Shown here one piece after another: positions 18,293 through 27,651 of a stretch of 64,000 bases of DNA. The first letter of the stretch is position 1; the number at the start of each line of letters is the position of its first letter. The DNA is from a virus. The stretch is taken from positions 1 through 64,000 of IMG/VR virus record IMGVR_UViG_3300042880_000288. One strand, given 5' to 3'. The notes below the pieces were generated by a model. That model was not told where the DNA came from, ran no database searches, and worked only from the letters and a program-made list of their open reading frames with translations. Both the position numbers and the translations under genes were made by a program.

Positions 18293-21200
18293 ATGAAAAA
18301 ACTAGTAACAATACGGAAAGCTCCAGATGGCAAGGGTCAGTATTTAAATAAAACAGCAAAGTTTTTAAATAAAGCCCAAGGAGGTGGTCAACAAGAAGGA
18401 GGCTATAATCAAAAGATTTTAGAATATGTAGCTCAAGAGATATTACAAAGAGAACAAGATCCACAAGCTGTATATCAAACTCTTATTGAATCTAAAATAG
18501 ATGAAGATACTGCACTTAAACATGTTCAAGCAATCATGCAATATCAACAACAGCAGATGGCTGAACAACAACAAGGTGCTCCACAAGAACAAGCTGGTGA
18601 ACAAGATACAGCTTATACTCAAGCAGCTGAGGAAGTAGAACAAGATCTTGCTGGACAGTATGGTTATTATAATCCTAGTGGTGTTGGACAAGAACTTGCT
18701 GCTGATGAATCTGAAGATCAAATAAATCAAGAAGCTGATGAAGAGGTTTACAACATGGTTATGGGAGATGATCAAGGTGAATACCAAGATGGAGGTACCA
18801 TAGATGATTATATTGTAAATAGATCAATTCCAAATTACCTAGGCTTTGAAGGAGATGACTTAAATGCATTTAATTATGCAAATGGTGGAGCTACAAATAA
18901 AAGAAGCTTTATTAAAAATGTAATGTCAGAACTTAAAAAAGCTAGGGAAGGAATGCAACAAGAAGATCCTTCTGAGCAATTTGATATGACAGATACATTA
19001 ACTTTAGATAGAGGTAAGAAAAAATCTAAATTTGTAGAGGGTCTTGCTAGAGTTACTCAAACTGCTAAAGATAAAGAGAAAGCAGAACAAGCATGGCAAC
19101 AGCAACAACAAATGATGCAACAAGGTCCACCTATGCAACAAGCAGGTGCACCAATGCAAATGCCAATGGGTCAAGATGGTGGTCAGCAACCTTTAACAGA
19201 TACTGAACATCCTTATCATCATTTAGCTATGATGCAAAATGCTAATAACTATATGACTGATAATCCTATGAATGCCATGTTTAGTGCTCAAAAAGGAATG
19301 ACAATGCCTTCTCCAAGAGAGTATAGAAAAATGCATAGACAAGTTTCTAGAATGCTGCCTAACATTTATATGGATCCTGCTATTAAAGGTTCTGAACTCA
19401 ATGTACATAAAACTAATTGGTTAGGAAGACCTAAAGAATATGACATTAAATTCCAAGGAAATCAAGGCATTATGCCAGGATGGGGACATGGTACTCTTCT
19501 ACTAGGGCTTCCAGGTGGAGCTAATATGGGAGTAGGTGGTGGTAGTTGGAATACTTCTTGGGGTTCTAATTGGAATACTGTTAAAGGTATGGTAGAAACT
19601 ACCAAAGTAAAAAGAGAGGGGATTATCCGAGAGATTAATAAAAAAGCTGATCCTCAAACATATGATAAAGACAATAATAATATTCCGGATTTAGTTCAAA
19701 GACCAGATGAAAATGCAGAACCTAATCCTCCATCATGGGATCAAGATAATAACAAAGTTGCAGATGTAACTGAGATAGATCAAATTCTATATCCGGGTCA
19801 ACCAGATAGTACAGTACAACCTAAAGTAGATAATACAAAGGTGGTAGATAAAGATAATAACGGTGTACCTGATTATATTCAGGCTCCACTAAATCAAATG
19901 GGAGGTTTTGCTGATCCAGAATCAGGCTTAACTAGATTTGTATATGGTGGTGATGAAAACATTTTTGATGATGATAGAAATACTATTAATACAGCTGATC
20001 CATACTTTGGAAGAATGTATAGAAATGGTGGTATGCCAACATTTGAAGGTGGTGGTCAATGGGTAACTAAGCCAGATGGTACTACTATATTCTTAAAAGA
20101 TGATGGTACTATTGATAAAACAAAGACAGCAATGTCTGATGATGAGAAAAAAGCTTATGATGAAAATGTATTAAAAAGAAATCAAGAATACTATAATCAA
20201 AATAAAGATAAATTCACAAATCAATCAGAACAACAAAAATTAATTGATGATGCTGTAAACCAAAGAATGGCTCAGTACACTAAGCAATTTGGTAATAACA
20301 TGCAACAACAACAAGGTAGTTATTACAATAATTATGGTCAACGATATAATCCTGGTTATAACTATAACCCAGGTTATAGATCTAATGGTTTCTTAGATCA
20401 AATGTTTTCAGCTAATCTGGCACCTAACTATTTAGGAACTTGGAGTAAACTTAAAGGAATGGAAACTAGTAACGGTATGCCTTTTACTGGTTTTGATGAT
20501 AAAACACATCTTACAAATCTTAAAGTTACTAAGTCAGGTTGGTTATCTGGAAGACCTAAAGAATATGAAATGAGTTTTAGTAAATATATTGATCCTAGAA
20601 CTGCAAATAATATTACTCTAGATCCAAACAAGAATGCTCAAATTCAAAATAATAATCAAGCTAATAATACAAGTGATAATAAAAGTGATAGTGCAACTAA
20701 TAATCAAACTCCAAAAAAGAATCCTGTACAAGACTATTTTAAATATACTGATGAAGAGTGGAACAACATGTCTAACAGAGATAAAAGAAGAGAAAAAAGA
20801 TATATGAGGGAAGATCAGAAATGGTCGAATATGCCAAAGACTGAACTGAATCAATCAACTGAAACTATAGAAGATAAATCTCAAACATCTTCAATACAAC
20901 CAAATGTAAATGCTGGTAGCCCAAGTCAAGGAGCAAATGTAATTCAAAATATTGCATCAGGTAATAATTTAAACTATCAAGATACTAGAAACATGATAGG
21001 TTCAAGTCCTTTGCAAGCAAAACCCAGAGATACTAGAGATCCAGGAAGTCCTCAACAAGGAGCCAATGTTATACAAGGTACTGCATCTGGGAATAATTTA
21101 GATTATAATACTTCTAGAAGTACTGTAGGAACATCTCCATTAGAGGCTAAAAATCAAATGCCTGCTAGTAATTATATTTCAAATAGTCCAGGAGCAAATG

Positions 21201-22048
21201 CTGAAAGAAATTTCATGAATGAAATTCAAAGACTTCAGGATGCACAAAAAATGCAAGGTGTTATGAATCAGTTTCCTGGAGGTAATTTTCCTGGCTTTGC
21301 TTATGGTGGTTATATGCCAGATTACATGGCTTATGGAGGTTATCTACCAACTGCAGAAGGCGGTAATAATCCTGTAGACTATACTATGAATCCAGCATTT
21401 GTAGGTAAATCTAATTTAGATTTAATTAGTACATATGACAACATGGGTCCTGATACAGGATTAAAACCATCAAGTATGTGGAGTGATATGAATTCATTTG
21501 GATTTGCACCACAAGGTGAACAACTTAAAAATGAGTATTTGAAAGATTGTACAGATGCTGATAAGCAAGATCCTACAAGTAAATGTTATGAGGGAATAAA
21601 ATTGAATGAAAAAGATCCTATGTCTATGAATCCAGCAGATTTGAAAAAAGAAATGATGGATAAGCAAGATGTAAAAATGAAATTCAAAAATAAAGATGTT
21701 AAACAATATGATACAGAAGCTTGGATGGCTTTTGGAAATAAACTAGGTAGTACTGTTCCTTGGTTAGCAAATCAATTTGAAATTGGTAAACTTAAGAATC
21801 AAAAACTAGCTAATAAAACTTCTGACAATCTTTATGCAAGTAATGTAGCTGGAGATCCATTTAAGAAAACTGGTCAAACATCACTTACAGGATCAAGTAC
21901 AGGTTTAGACTTTGCAAGAGATCAAGGTCAATTACAGTATGGTCAAACTCAAAGTGGAGGAGCTCTTCAAGTAGGAGGTACAGCATATATGACTGCTGAT
22001 GAAGTAAAAAGATTTATGGAACAAGGTGGTCAAATAGAATTTATTTAA
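18293..22048 (+). CDS. Q/N/G-rich, largely disordered internal cargo protein
   Basis: Low-complexity Q/M/P/N tracts, about 16 xxxG(G) motifs, internal duplications and DxDNN Ca-binding-like motifs. Lies in the cargo block. Confidence 0.7.
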   Translation: MKKLVTIRKAPDGKGQYLNKTAKFLNKAQGGGQQEGGYNQKILEYVAQEILQREQDPQAVYQTLIESKIDEDTALKHVQAIMQYQQQQMAEQQQGAPQEQAGEQDTAYTQAAEEVEQDLAGQYGYYNPSGVGQELAADESEDQINQEADEEVYNMVMGDDQGEYQDGGTIDDYIVNRSIPNYLGFEGDDLNAFNYANGGATNKRSFIKNVMSELKKAREGMQQEDPSEQFDMTDTLTLDRGKKKSKFVEGLARVTQTAKDKEKAEQAWQQQQQMMQQGPPMQQAGAPMQMPMGQDGGQQPLTDTEHPYHHLAMMQNANNYMTDNPMNAMFSAQKGMTMPSPREYRKMHRQVSRMLPNIYMDPAIKGSELNVHKTNWLGRPKEYDIKFQGNQGIMPGWGHGTLLLGLPGGANMGVGGGSWNTSWGSNWNTVKGMVETTKVKREGIIREINKKADPQTYDKDNNNIPDLVQRPDENAEPNPPSWDQDNNKVADVTEIDQILYPGQPDSTVQPKVDNTKVVDKDNNGVPDYIQAPLNQMGGFADPESGLTRFVYGGDENIFDDDRNTINTADPYFGRMYRNGGMPTFEGGGQWVTKPDGTTIFLKDDGTIDKTKTAMSDDEKKAYDENVLKRNQEYYNQNKDKFTNQSEQQKLIDDAVNQRMAQYTKQFGNNMQQQQGSYYNNYGQRYNPGYNYNPGYRSNGFLDQMFSANLAPNYLGTWSKLKGMETSNGMPFTGFDDKTHLTNLKVTKSGWLSGRPKEYEMSFSKYIDPRTANNITLDPNKNAQIQNNNQANNTSDNKSDSATNNQTPKKNPVQDYFKYTDEEWNNMSNRDKRREKRYMREDQKWSNMPKTELNQSTETIEDKSQTSSIQPNVNAGSPSQGANVIQNIASGNNLNYQDTRNMIGSSPLQAKPRDTRDPGSPQQGANVIQGTASGNNLDYNTSRSTVGTSPLEAKNQMPASNYISNSPGANAERNFMNEIQRLQDAQKMQGVMNQFPGGNFPGFAYGGYMPDYMAYGGYLPTAEGGNNPVDYTMNPAFVGKSNLDLISTYDNMGPDTGLKPSSMWSDMNSFGFAPQGEQLKNEYLKDCTDADKQDPTSKCYEGIKLNEKDPMSMNPADLKKEMMDKQDVKMKFKNKDVKQYDTEAWMAFGNKLGSTVPWLANQFEIGKLKNQKLANKTSDNLYASNVAGDPFKKTGQTSLTGSSTGLDFARDQGQLQYGQTQSGGALQVGGTAYMTADEVKRFMEQGGQIEFI
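20915..21151 (+). repeat. Intragenic direct repeat, 2 x 36 codons
   Basis: GSPSQGANVIQNIASGNNLNYQDTRNMIGSSPLQAK (20915-21022) and GSPQQGANVIQGTASGNNLDYNTSRSTVGTSPLEAK (21044-21151), diverged mainly at third codon positions. Confidence 0.85.
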
Positions 22049-22058
22049 TTATACCAAC

Positions 22059-24380
22059 ATGAAGTATAAAGTAAAAATTAAAAAATTACCAGAAGCCCGT
22101 ATGGGTTATCAAGTTGATGGTTCTTTAAAAAATGATATAGTCGGTTTAGGTGGAGCTGATTTTAACTCTATGATGAGCAATAAATCTATGAAGCCTCAAA
22201 AGTCTATTGGTAAAGTACCTAGAGAAGAAGCTAACTTAGAAGCTGAAGGTGGAGAGACTGTATTAGGAGATATCAACTTTGATGGTTTTCCTGAGCACTA
22301 TACTATTAAAGGACCAAGACATGCTCAAGGTGGTGTACCATTAAAACTTCCAGAGGATACATTTATTTTCTCAGACTTTAGAGAAATGAAAATAAATGAT
22401 CCTGACTTACTTGAAAAGTTTGGTAAAGTAGTTAAGAAAGCTCAAAAACAAAAATCTTATACTCCTGCACAGCTAGCTAAACAGTATGACATAAATCATT
22501 ATAGATCAATATTACAAGATCCAGATTCAGACTATCTAGATAGAAAAACTGCTGAATTAATGATCCGTAATTATAACATGAAACTTGGTGCATTAGCTCT
22601 TGCCCAAGAAGCAAAAAAAGGTTTTCCTCAAGGTATACCAATGATAGCTAAACCATTTATGGAGGCTAATGGTCTTTCTGAAGAAGACTTTATACCACAA
22701 GAAGAGGAAGCTGCTCAAGCTGAAATGGCACAAGGACCAATGCAACAAGATGCTCCAATGCCAGGTGGAGAAGGTATGCCAACTCAAATGCCAAATGGAG
22801 CTCCTATAGCTATGCCTCAACCTATGGAAGGTCAACCACAAATGGATCCTAGAGAAATGATGATGTCAGCCCAAATGACTCCAGAAGATATGGGTCAAGC
22901 ACCTATGGCACAATATGGTATGTCAATGGGAGGATTTTATCCTGAGTATGCCTTTGGTGGAGCACAAAAACATGCAGTAAGAATAAAACAATTACCACAA
23001 GCTAAAAAAGGTAATCCTTTACCAAATAGAACAGCTCTTGACAAAAACCGTCTTTCTCAAAATAAAAATAGAACCTATAACAAATCAAAAGAAGGTACAG
23101 GATGGATTGATTTAGGAGGTGGTGAATGGGGTAGAGGTTCTAGAGGAGGTATTGATGTTAAAACACTTGCAGAAAGAGGTCCTGTTGTAAGAGGTGGTGC
23201 AGGTTATAATCAAGAGGATGTTTGTGCTTGGATGAAAACAGAGGGTGGTTCATATTATGGAGCTACAGCAGAACAAATGATTGCTGCAGGTATTGCTCAC
23301 AAAAGTCTTCTTGGTTACTTAAAAGGTTGTGAGGTTGTTGATGAAGAAATGGAATTCTACAAAGAAGAAGGTCCGGGTAAAGAATGTGTATGTAAAGATA
23401 AAGATGGTAATGATGTAGTTACTCCACTTGATAAAGATGGTAAATGTCCTTGTGAAGAAGAAGTAAAAAAATGTTACTGTCTTGATGAGAATGGTCAAAA
23501 AATAGAAGTTCCTTGTGGACCTAATGGTACTGAACCAGATTGTCCTGGAGGAATGAAAGGTATGGCTCAAGGTAGACCACCAGCAAAATACTGGATTCAA
23601 GATACTAGAAATTCAGTGAATGCATTCATGGATAGAATGAGATTAAAGAAATATCTTCCATGGTCTGCAAGAGTTGATCTTGAAGAAGGTAGACCTTACT
23701 GGTTAGATCCTACTAGACAGTATGCTGCACTTGGTGAAAGAGCTGCTACAGAAGTAGAAGGTAATGCAGCTTTTGCAGGACCTCAACAACTTGCTGCCAG
23801 AAATGCTGCTTCTCAAGCTGGAACTTTACAAGGTATTGCAGATATTGGTTCTAATATAAATAATCAAAATGTTAATATAGCCAATCAGTGGGATCAAACT
23901 AAAACAGGTATTAGAAATCAGGAGAATCTTTTAAGAGGTGAAGCTGAGACTAAAGACTTTATGGGTACTACAATTGCTAATCAACAATATGATAATGCAT
24001 TAAATCAGTTGGCAGATAATCAAACATTAGCTGCAAATACAGCTGATACAAATAAATATAAGACAGATGCATTAAATCAAATGTATCCTAACTATCAAGT
24101 TGATCCATCTGTTGGTGGTCAAATGTATTATAATCCAACTCAAAAAGATCCTAATCCAATTAAACCTGAAGATGAAATTGCATATGCACAACAACTTAAA
24201 GGTTCTGGATTAGATGCTGATGTACAAAGAGTAATGATGGCTAATTGGTATAAATCAAGAGGATCTGATAATTCAGTTGCTCCTGATCCAAACATTGTTG
24301 CAGCTATGTATGGTCAGAAAGGTGGGGTTATGTTTAGAGATGGTGGATTCATATACATGGCTTGGCCAGAGTTTATGTAA
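22059..24380 (+). CDS. Internal cargo protein (crAss-like structural protein)
   Basis: N-terminal ANLEAEGGETV...GPRHAQGGVPL.LPEDTFIFSD is a motif recognised from crAss-like structural proteins. Also has a Q/M/P-rich linker, a Cys-rich duplicated module and a helical Q/N/A-rich C-terminus. Confidence 0.7.
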   Translation: MKYKVKIKKLPEARMGYQVDGSLKNDIVGLGGADFNSMMSNKSMKPQKSIGKVPREEANLEAEGGETVLGDINFDGFPEHYTIKGPRHAQGGVPLKLPEDTFIFSDFREMKINDPDLLEKFGKVVKKAQKQKSYTPAQLAKQYDINHYRSILQDPDSDYLDRKTAELMIRNYNMKLGALALAQEAKKGFPQGIPMIAKPFMEANGLSEEDFIPQEEEAAQAEMAQGPMQQDAPMPGGEGMPTQMPNGAPIAMPQPMEGQPQMDPREMMMSAQMTPEDMGQAPMAQYGMSMGGFYPEYAFGGAQKHAVRIKQLPQAKKGNPLPNRTALDKNRLSQNKNRTYNKSKEGTGWIDLGGGEWGRGSRGGIDVKTLAERGPVVRGGAGYNQEDVCAWMKTEGGSYYGATAEQMIAAGIAHKSLLGYLKGCEVVDEEMEFYKEEGPGKECVCKDKDGNDVVTPLDKDGKCPCEEEVKKCYCLDENGQKIEVPCGPNGTEPDCPGGMKGMAQGRPPAKYWIQDTRNSVNAFMDRMRLKKYLPWSARVDLEEGRPYWLDPTRQYAALGERAATEVEGNAAFAGPQQLAARNAASQAGTLQGIADIGSNINNQNVNIANQWDQTKTGIRNQENLLRGEAETKDFMGTTIANQQYDNALNQLADNQTLAANTADTNKYKTDALNQMYPNYQVDPSVGGQMYYNPTQKDPNPIKPEDEIAYAQQLKGSGLDADVQRVMMANWYKSRGSDNSVAPDPNIVAAMYGQKGGVMFRDGGFIYMAWPEFM

Positions 24381-24402
24381 ACATAATAAGTTTATTAAAC
24401 TT
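24378..24402 (+). promoter_or_regulatory. Second copy of the TAAACnTAnTAAGTTTA palindrome
   Basis: TAAACATAATAAGTTTA (24378-24394) is 15/17 identical to 18232-18248. It overlaps a second inverted repeat AAGTTTA-T-TAAACTT (24388-24402). Located upstream of ATG 24442. Confidence 0.5.
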
Positions 24403-24441
24403 TAAAAATTTTAATAGTTTTACAAAAGATAAAAAAATAAA

Positions 24442-27400
24442 ATGGCAACGTATTTACAAGGTGTCACAGACTATATTCCTCAGTTCCAACCATTTCAACC
24501 GGACCTGAATTTCTATGCTAGTTTAATGCAAACTAAGCAGTCTCAGTATGATTCAAATTGGAAGGCTTTAAATAAAGTTTATGGTCAATATTTTTATGCT
24601 GATCTTACAAGAGATAACAATGTAAAAAAGAAAGAAGATCTTTTAAAACAAATTGAATTTAATCTTAAAAGAGTTTCTGGACTTGATCTTTCATTAGAGC
24701 AAAATGTAAATCAAGCTACTCAAGTTTTTAAACCTTTTTATGAGGATAAAAATTTGATGAAAGACATGGCTTGGACTAAAACATACAATAGAGAAACAGG
24801 AAGAGCAAATGCATTAAAAGGTTCTGCAAAAGAAGAAGATAGAAAACAATATTGGGATACAGGCCTTAAGGAATTAAACTATAGAAAAGATGAATTTAAA
24901 GAAGCTACAGATGAAGAAGCTATGGGAATGGCCGGAGTCTCTTATACTCCTTATGTAAATACAATGGAGAAAGCTCTTAAGTTAGCTAAAGATGCTGGTC
25001 TTTCTGTAGAGAGTGTAAAGTTTACTGATGATCAAAGATGGATTATTACCCAGAAGAATGGTCAACAACTTATTGAACCTTTAGAAAAATTATTTGAATC
25101 AAGCTTGGGATCAGATCCTGGTATACAATCTGTTTATAAAACTCAAGCATATGTTAATAGAAAAGATTATGCATTCAGTAATGCTGGAGAGTTCAATGGA
25201 GATAAGAATGCTGCAGAGATGAAGTATCTTGAGAATAGTTTTAATATACTTAAGAAACAAAGAGACCTTCAATATAAAAGTATTCAAAAGAACAGTGATG
25301 TTTATGATAAAAGAATCAATGATTTACAAAAATTAATTGATGATAAAAAGGCACCTGTTGGATCTGAAGATAAATTACAAGACTTAAAAGATAACAAAAA
25401 GATAAATGATGATGTCTTAGCTAGAATACAAAAGGAATCTGAGATGTTTAGCAATTCTAATTCAACATCAACTACATCATCTGGTTGGACTAACCCTTAT
25501 AGTGATGTTGCTACTTTAAGATATAAAGTAGATGCCGGTATGGCAAGTACTTTAATGGAGAAAGATTTTGGAGAAGCAGCTCAGATATATGCTTATAGAG
25601 ATGCTAAAACAAGTATTAAAGAAAATCCATATAAAGTTCTTGAGATCAAACATTCTCAAGAAATGCAACAGATTCATACTTCAGGTGCTTATAAAATTCA
25701 AGCACAGCAAATGGCTAATCAGTCAAGAGAAAAAGTAGCTGCTGCTAAAATTCAAGCTGATGCTATCAAAGCTGAAAAAGAAAGAAAAGCTGACTATGAT
25801 AAATGGAGAGTTGAAACAGGTAATGGTGTATATGAAGAATATGAAGTTACAGATGCTCAAGGTAATAAAATAATTGACCCTAATACAAATCAACCATTAA
25901 AAGATTTTAGGGTAGTTGGTAATCCAAATCAAAAGGTTACTACAAAAACAATACCTAATGATAACTTAACTCCAATACCAGATAATAAAAAAGCAAATGT
26001 ATATGATGTAGAAAAACAGAATTTAGCTAATGCTCAAAAAAAGGCTCAAACAGATCAAGCATTAAATACTGTTTTTAATACATTAAATAAATTACAAAAT
26101 AAAATTGGTCCTGGAGATTTAGCTAAACTTATTAATCCTGATTATGCTCTTGCTAAAGATAAAGATCCAATGATGAGCGGTCTGTCAGCTTATATGGATA
26201 ATAAAGGAGGTATTTTGGCTGGAGCAAATCAGTATATGAAAGATCTAATGCTGGTTAGTAAAGGTACAAAAGACTTAATGAAAGTTGAGGATATTCAAAA
26301 AGGTTTTCAAGAAAAAGGTGCTGATTATTTAATGTCATTATCTAAAAAGTATGGTGATACCTATATATCAGGTTTAGTTGAAAGAGTTGATAGTTATCTA
26401 GCGGCCAATGCCCCATACTCTCCAGAGTTTGAAATGGAAAGACAAGCAATGCAGGGTTATGTTAAACCATTGAAAGATTATGGTAAATATGAAAAAGTTT
26501 ATTTTCAATGGAAAGATAAAGCAGATAAAGCAGTAGCTCAACAAATGACTGCTCAAAAAGAAATGATAGCTGCTAAAGAATATAGTTTAAAAATGACAGA
26601 TTCAAGAGGATCAATATTTCAAACTAAAAAAGAATTTCTTGATGCTAATCCAACATATACAAAATTAGCTCAAGAAACATTTACTGGACAAAGTTATGGT
26701 AGTTCAATAAACTCACCTGGATTAGGTATTACTGGTACAGGTGGTAGACAAAGTACTTTTGATGAAGCAACTAATCAAGCATGGAATAAGTATTTACAAC
26801 AAGTAAATAAAATACAACAAAAAGGAGGAATACCTGCAGGTCCTGCTGCTGCTTCTATTAATGGTTTAGTAAACAATGTATTTCAAAATGCCGCTAATAG
26901 TGTTGTAGCTAATCAAAAAGGTGGGGATGGTAGAAGATACTATAATGAAATGATGTCTACTATTTTAAATAGTGGGATTGCATTTGATGGTAAAGATGGT
27001 ATACTAACATATGGTGGTTTTAAACAATCTGCTATTAAAGATGCTAAAGAGGCAGAAACACAGCAAAAGCTATATACTATATTAAATGATTTCAATACTA
27101 GATTTAATGACTTTACAAAACCTCAACCAGCAATAGAAATTGGAGGTGTATTATTTGCAGCAGGTGAAAAAAATAGAGCAGGTAATTTTATTAGACTACC
27201 AAAAGAATTCTTAGATGGATATTATAATCAGGCAGATCCAAAAAAAGGATTCTTATCAAAAGATGAGTATGATGGATTATTGCAAAATGGATTATCAATT
27301 ATGGCCGATAGTGATAAGATTATGAACTCTCTTATTGAAGGTACTTTTACATCACCTCTAGAAGCTGTATTAAAATATAATAAAGAATTAAATTTTGTAG

Positions 27401-27645
27401 ATCCTTTAGGTGGTCATGAGCTTAATTTTACAGTTCCACCTGTCTTAAGTTCAGGTAGTAATCAGTATCAATATCAATCTAAAATAAATGTGTATAATCC
27501 AGAAACAGGTAAGTTAGAAGAATATTCCGGATGGGAACCTACATTTACAAATGGTCAGGATATAGACGGCATTATAAAAGATTGGGAAGATATGTCAGCT
27601 CAAATCAACCTGCAAAATCAAAATATTAAATACGGATTAGAATAA
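24442..27645 (+). CDS. Internal virion/ejection protein, function unknown
   Basis: Helical N-terminus MATYLQGVTDYIPQFQPFQPDLNFY... of a kind seen upstream of crAss-like giant genes. No Cys seen in 1067 aa. Heads the ejection-protein block. Confidence 0.65.
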   Translation: MATYLQGVTDYIPQFQPFQPDLNFYASLMQTKQSQYDSNWKALNKVYGQYFYADLTRDNNVKKKEDLLKQIEFNLKRVSGLDLSLEQNVNQATQVFKPFYEDKNLMKDMAWTKTYNRETGRANALKGSAKEEDRKQYWDTGLKELNYRKDEFKEATDEEAMGMAGVSYTPYVNTMEKALKLAKDAGLSVESVKFTDDQRWIITQKNGQQLIEPLEKLFESSLGSDPGIQSVYKTQAYVNRKDYAFSNAGEFNGDKNAAEMKYLENSFNILKKQRDLQYKSIQKNSDVYDKRINDLQKLIDDKKAPVGSEDKLQDLKDNKKINDDVLARIQKESEMFSNSNSTSTTSSGWTNPYSDVATLRYKVDAGMASTLMEKDFGEAAQIYAYRDAKTSIKENPYKVLEIKHSQEMQQIHTSGAYKIQAQQMANQSREKVAAAKIQADAIKAEKERKADYDKWRVETGNGVYEEYEVTDAQGNKIIDPNTNQPLKDFRVVGNPNQKVTTKTIPNDNLTPIPDNKKANVYDVEKQNLANAQKKAQTDQALNTVFNTLNKLQNKIGPGDLAKLINPDYALAKDKDPMMSGLSAYMDNKGGILAGANQYMKDLMLVSKGTKDLMKVEDIQKGFQEKGADYLMSLSKKYGDTYISGLVERVDSYLAANAPYSPEFEMERQAMQGYVKPLKDYGKYEKVYFQWKDKADKAVAQQMTAQKEMIAAKEYSLKMTDSRGSIFQTKKEFLDANPTYTKLAQETFTGQSYGSSINSPGLGITGTGGRQSTFDEATNQAWNKYLQQVNKIQQKGGIPAGPAAASINGLVNNVFQNAANSVVANQKGGDGRRYYNEMMSTILNSGIAFDGKDGILTYGGFKQSAIKDAKEAETQQKLYTILNDFNTRFNDFTKPQPAIEIGGVLFAAGEKNRAGNFIRLPKEFLDGYYNQADPKKGFLSKDEYDGLLQNGLSIMADSDKIMNSLIEGTFTSPLEAVLKYNKELNFVDPLGGHELNFTVPPVLSSGSNQYQYQSKINVYNPETGKLEEYSGWEPTFTNGQDIDGIIKDWEDMSAQINLQNQNIKYGLE

Positions 27646-27651
27646 TAAATT

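Noticed and set aside
24421-24437. AAAAGATAAAAAAA shared with 56010-56023, read as a possible antisense TAnnTTTG-like promoter
   Set aside because: A low-complexity A-run match that does not fit the consensus spacing; expected by chance at this AT content.
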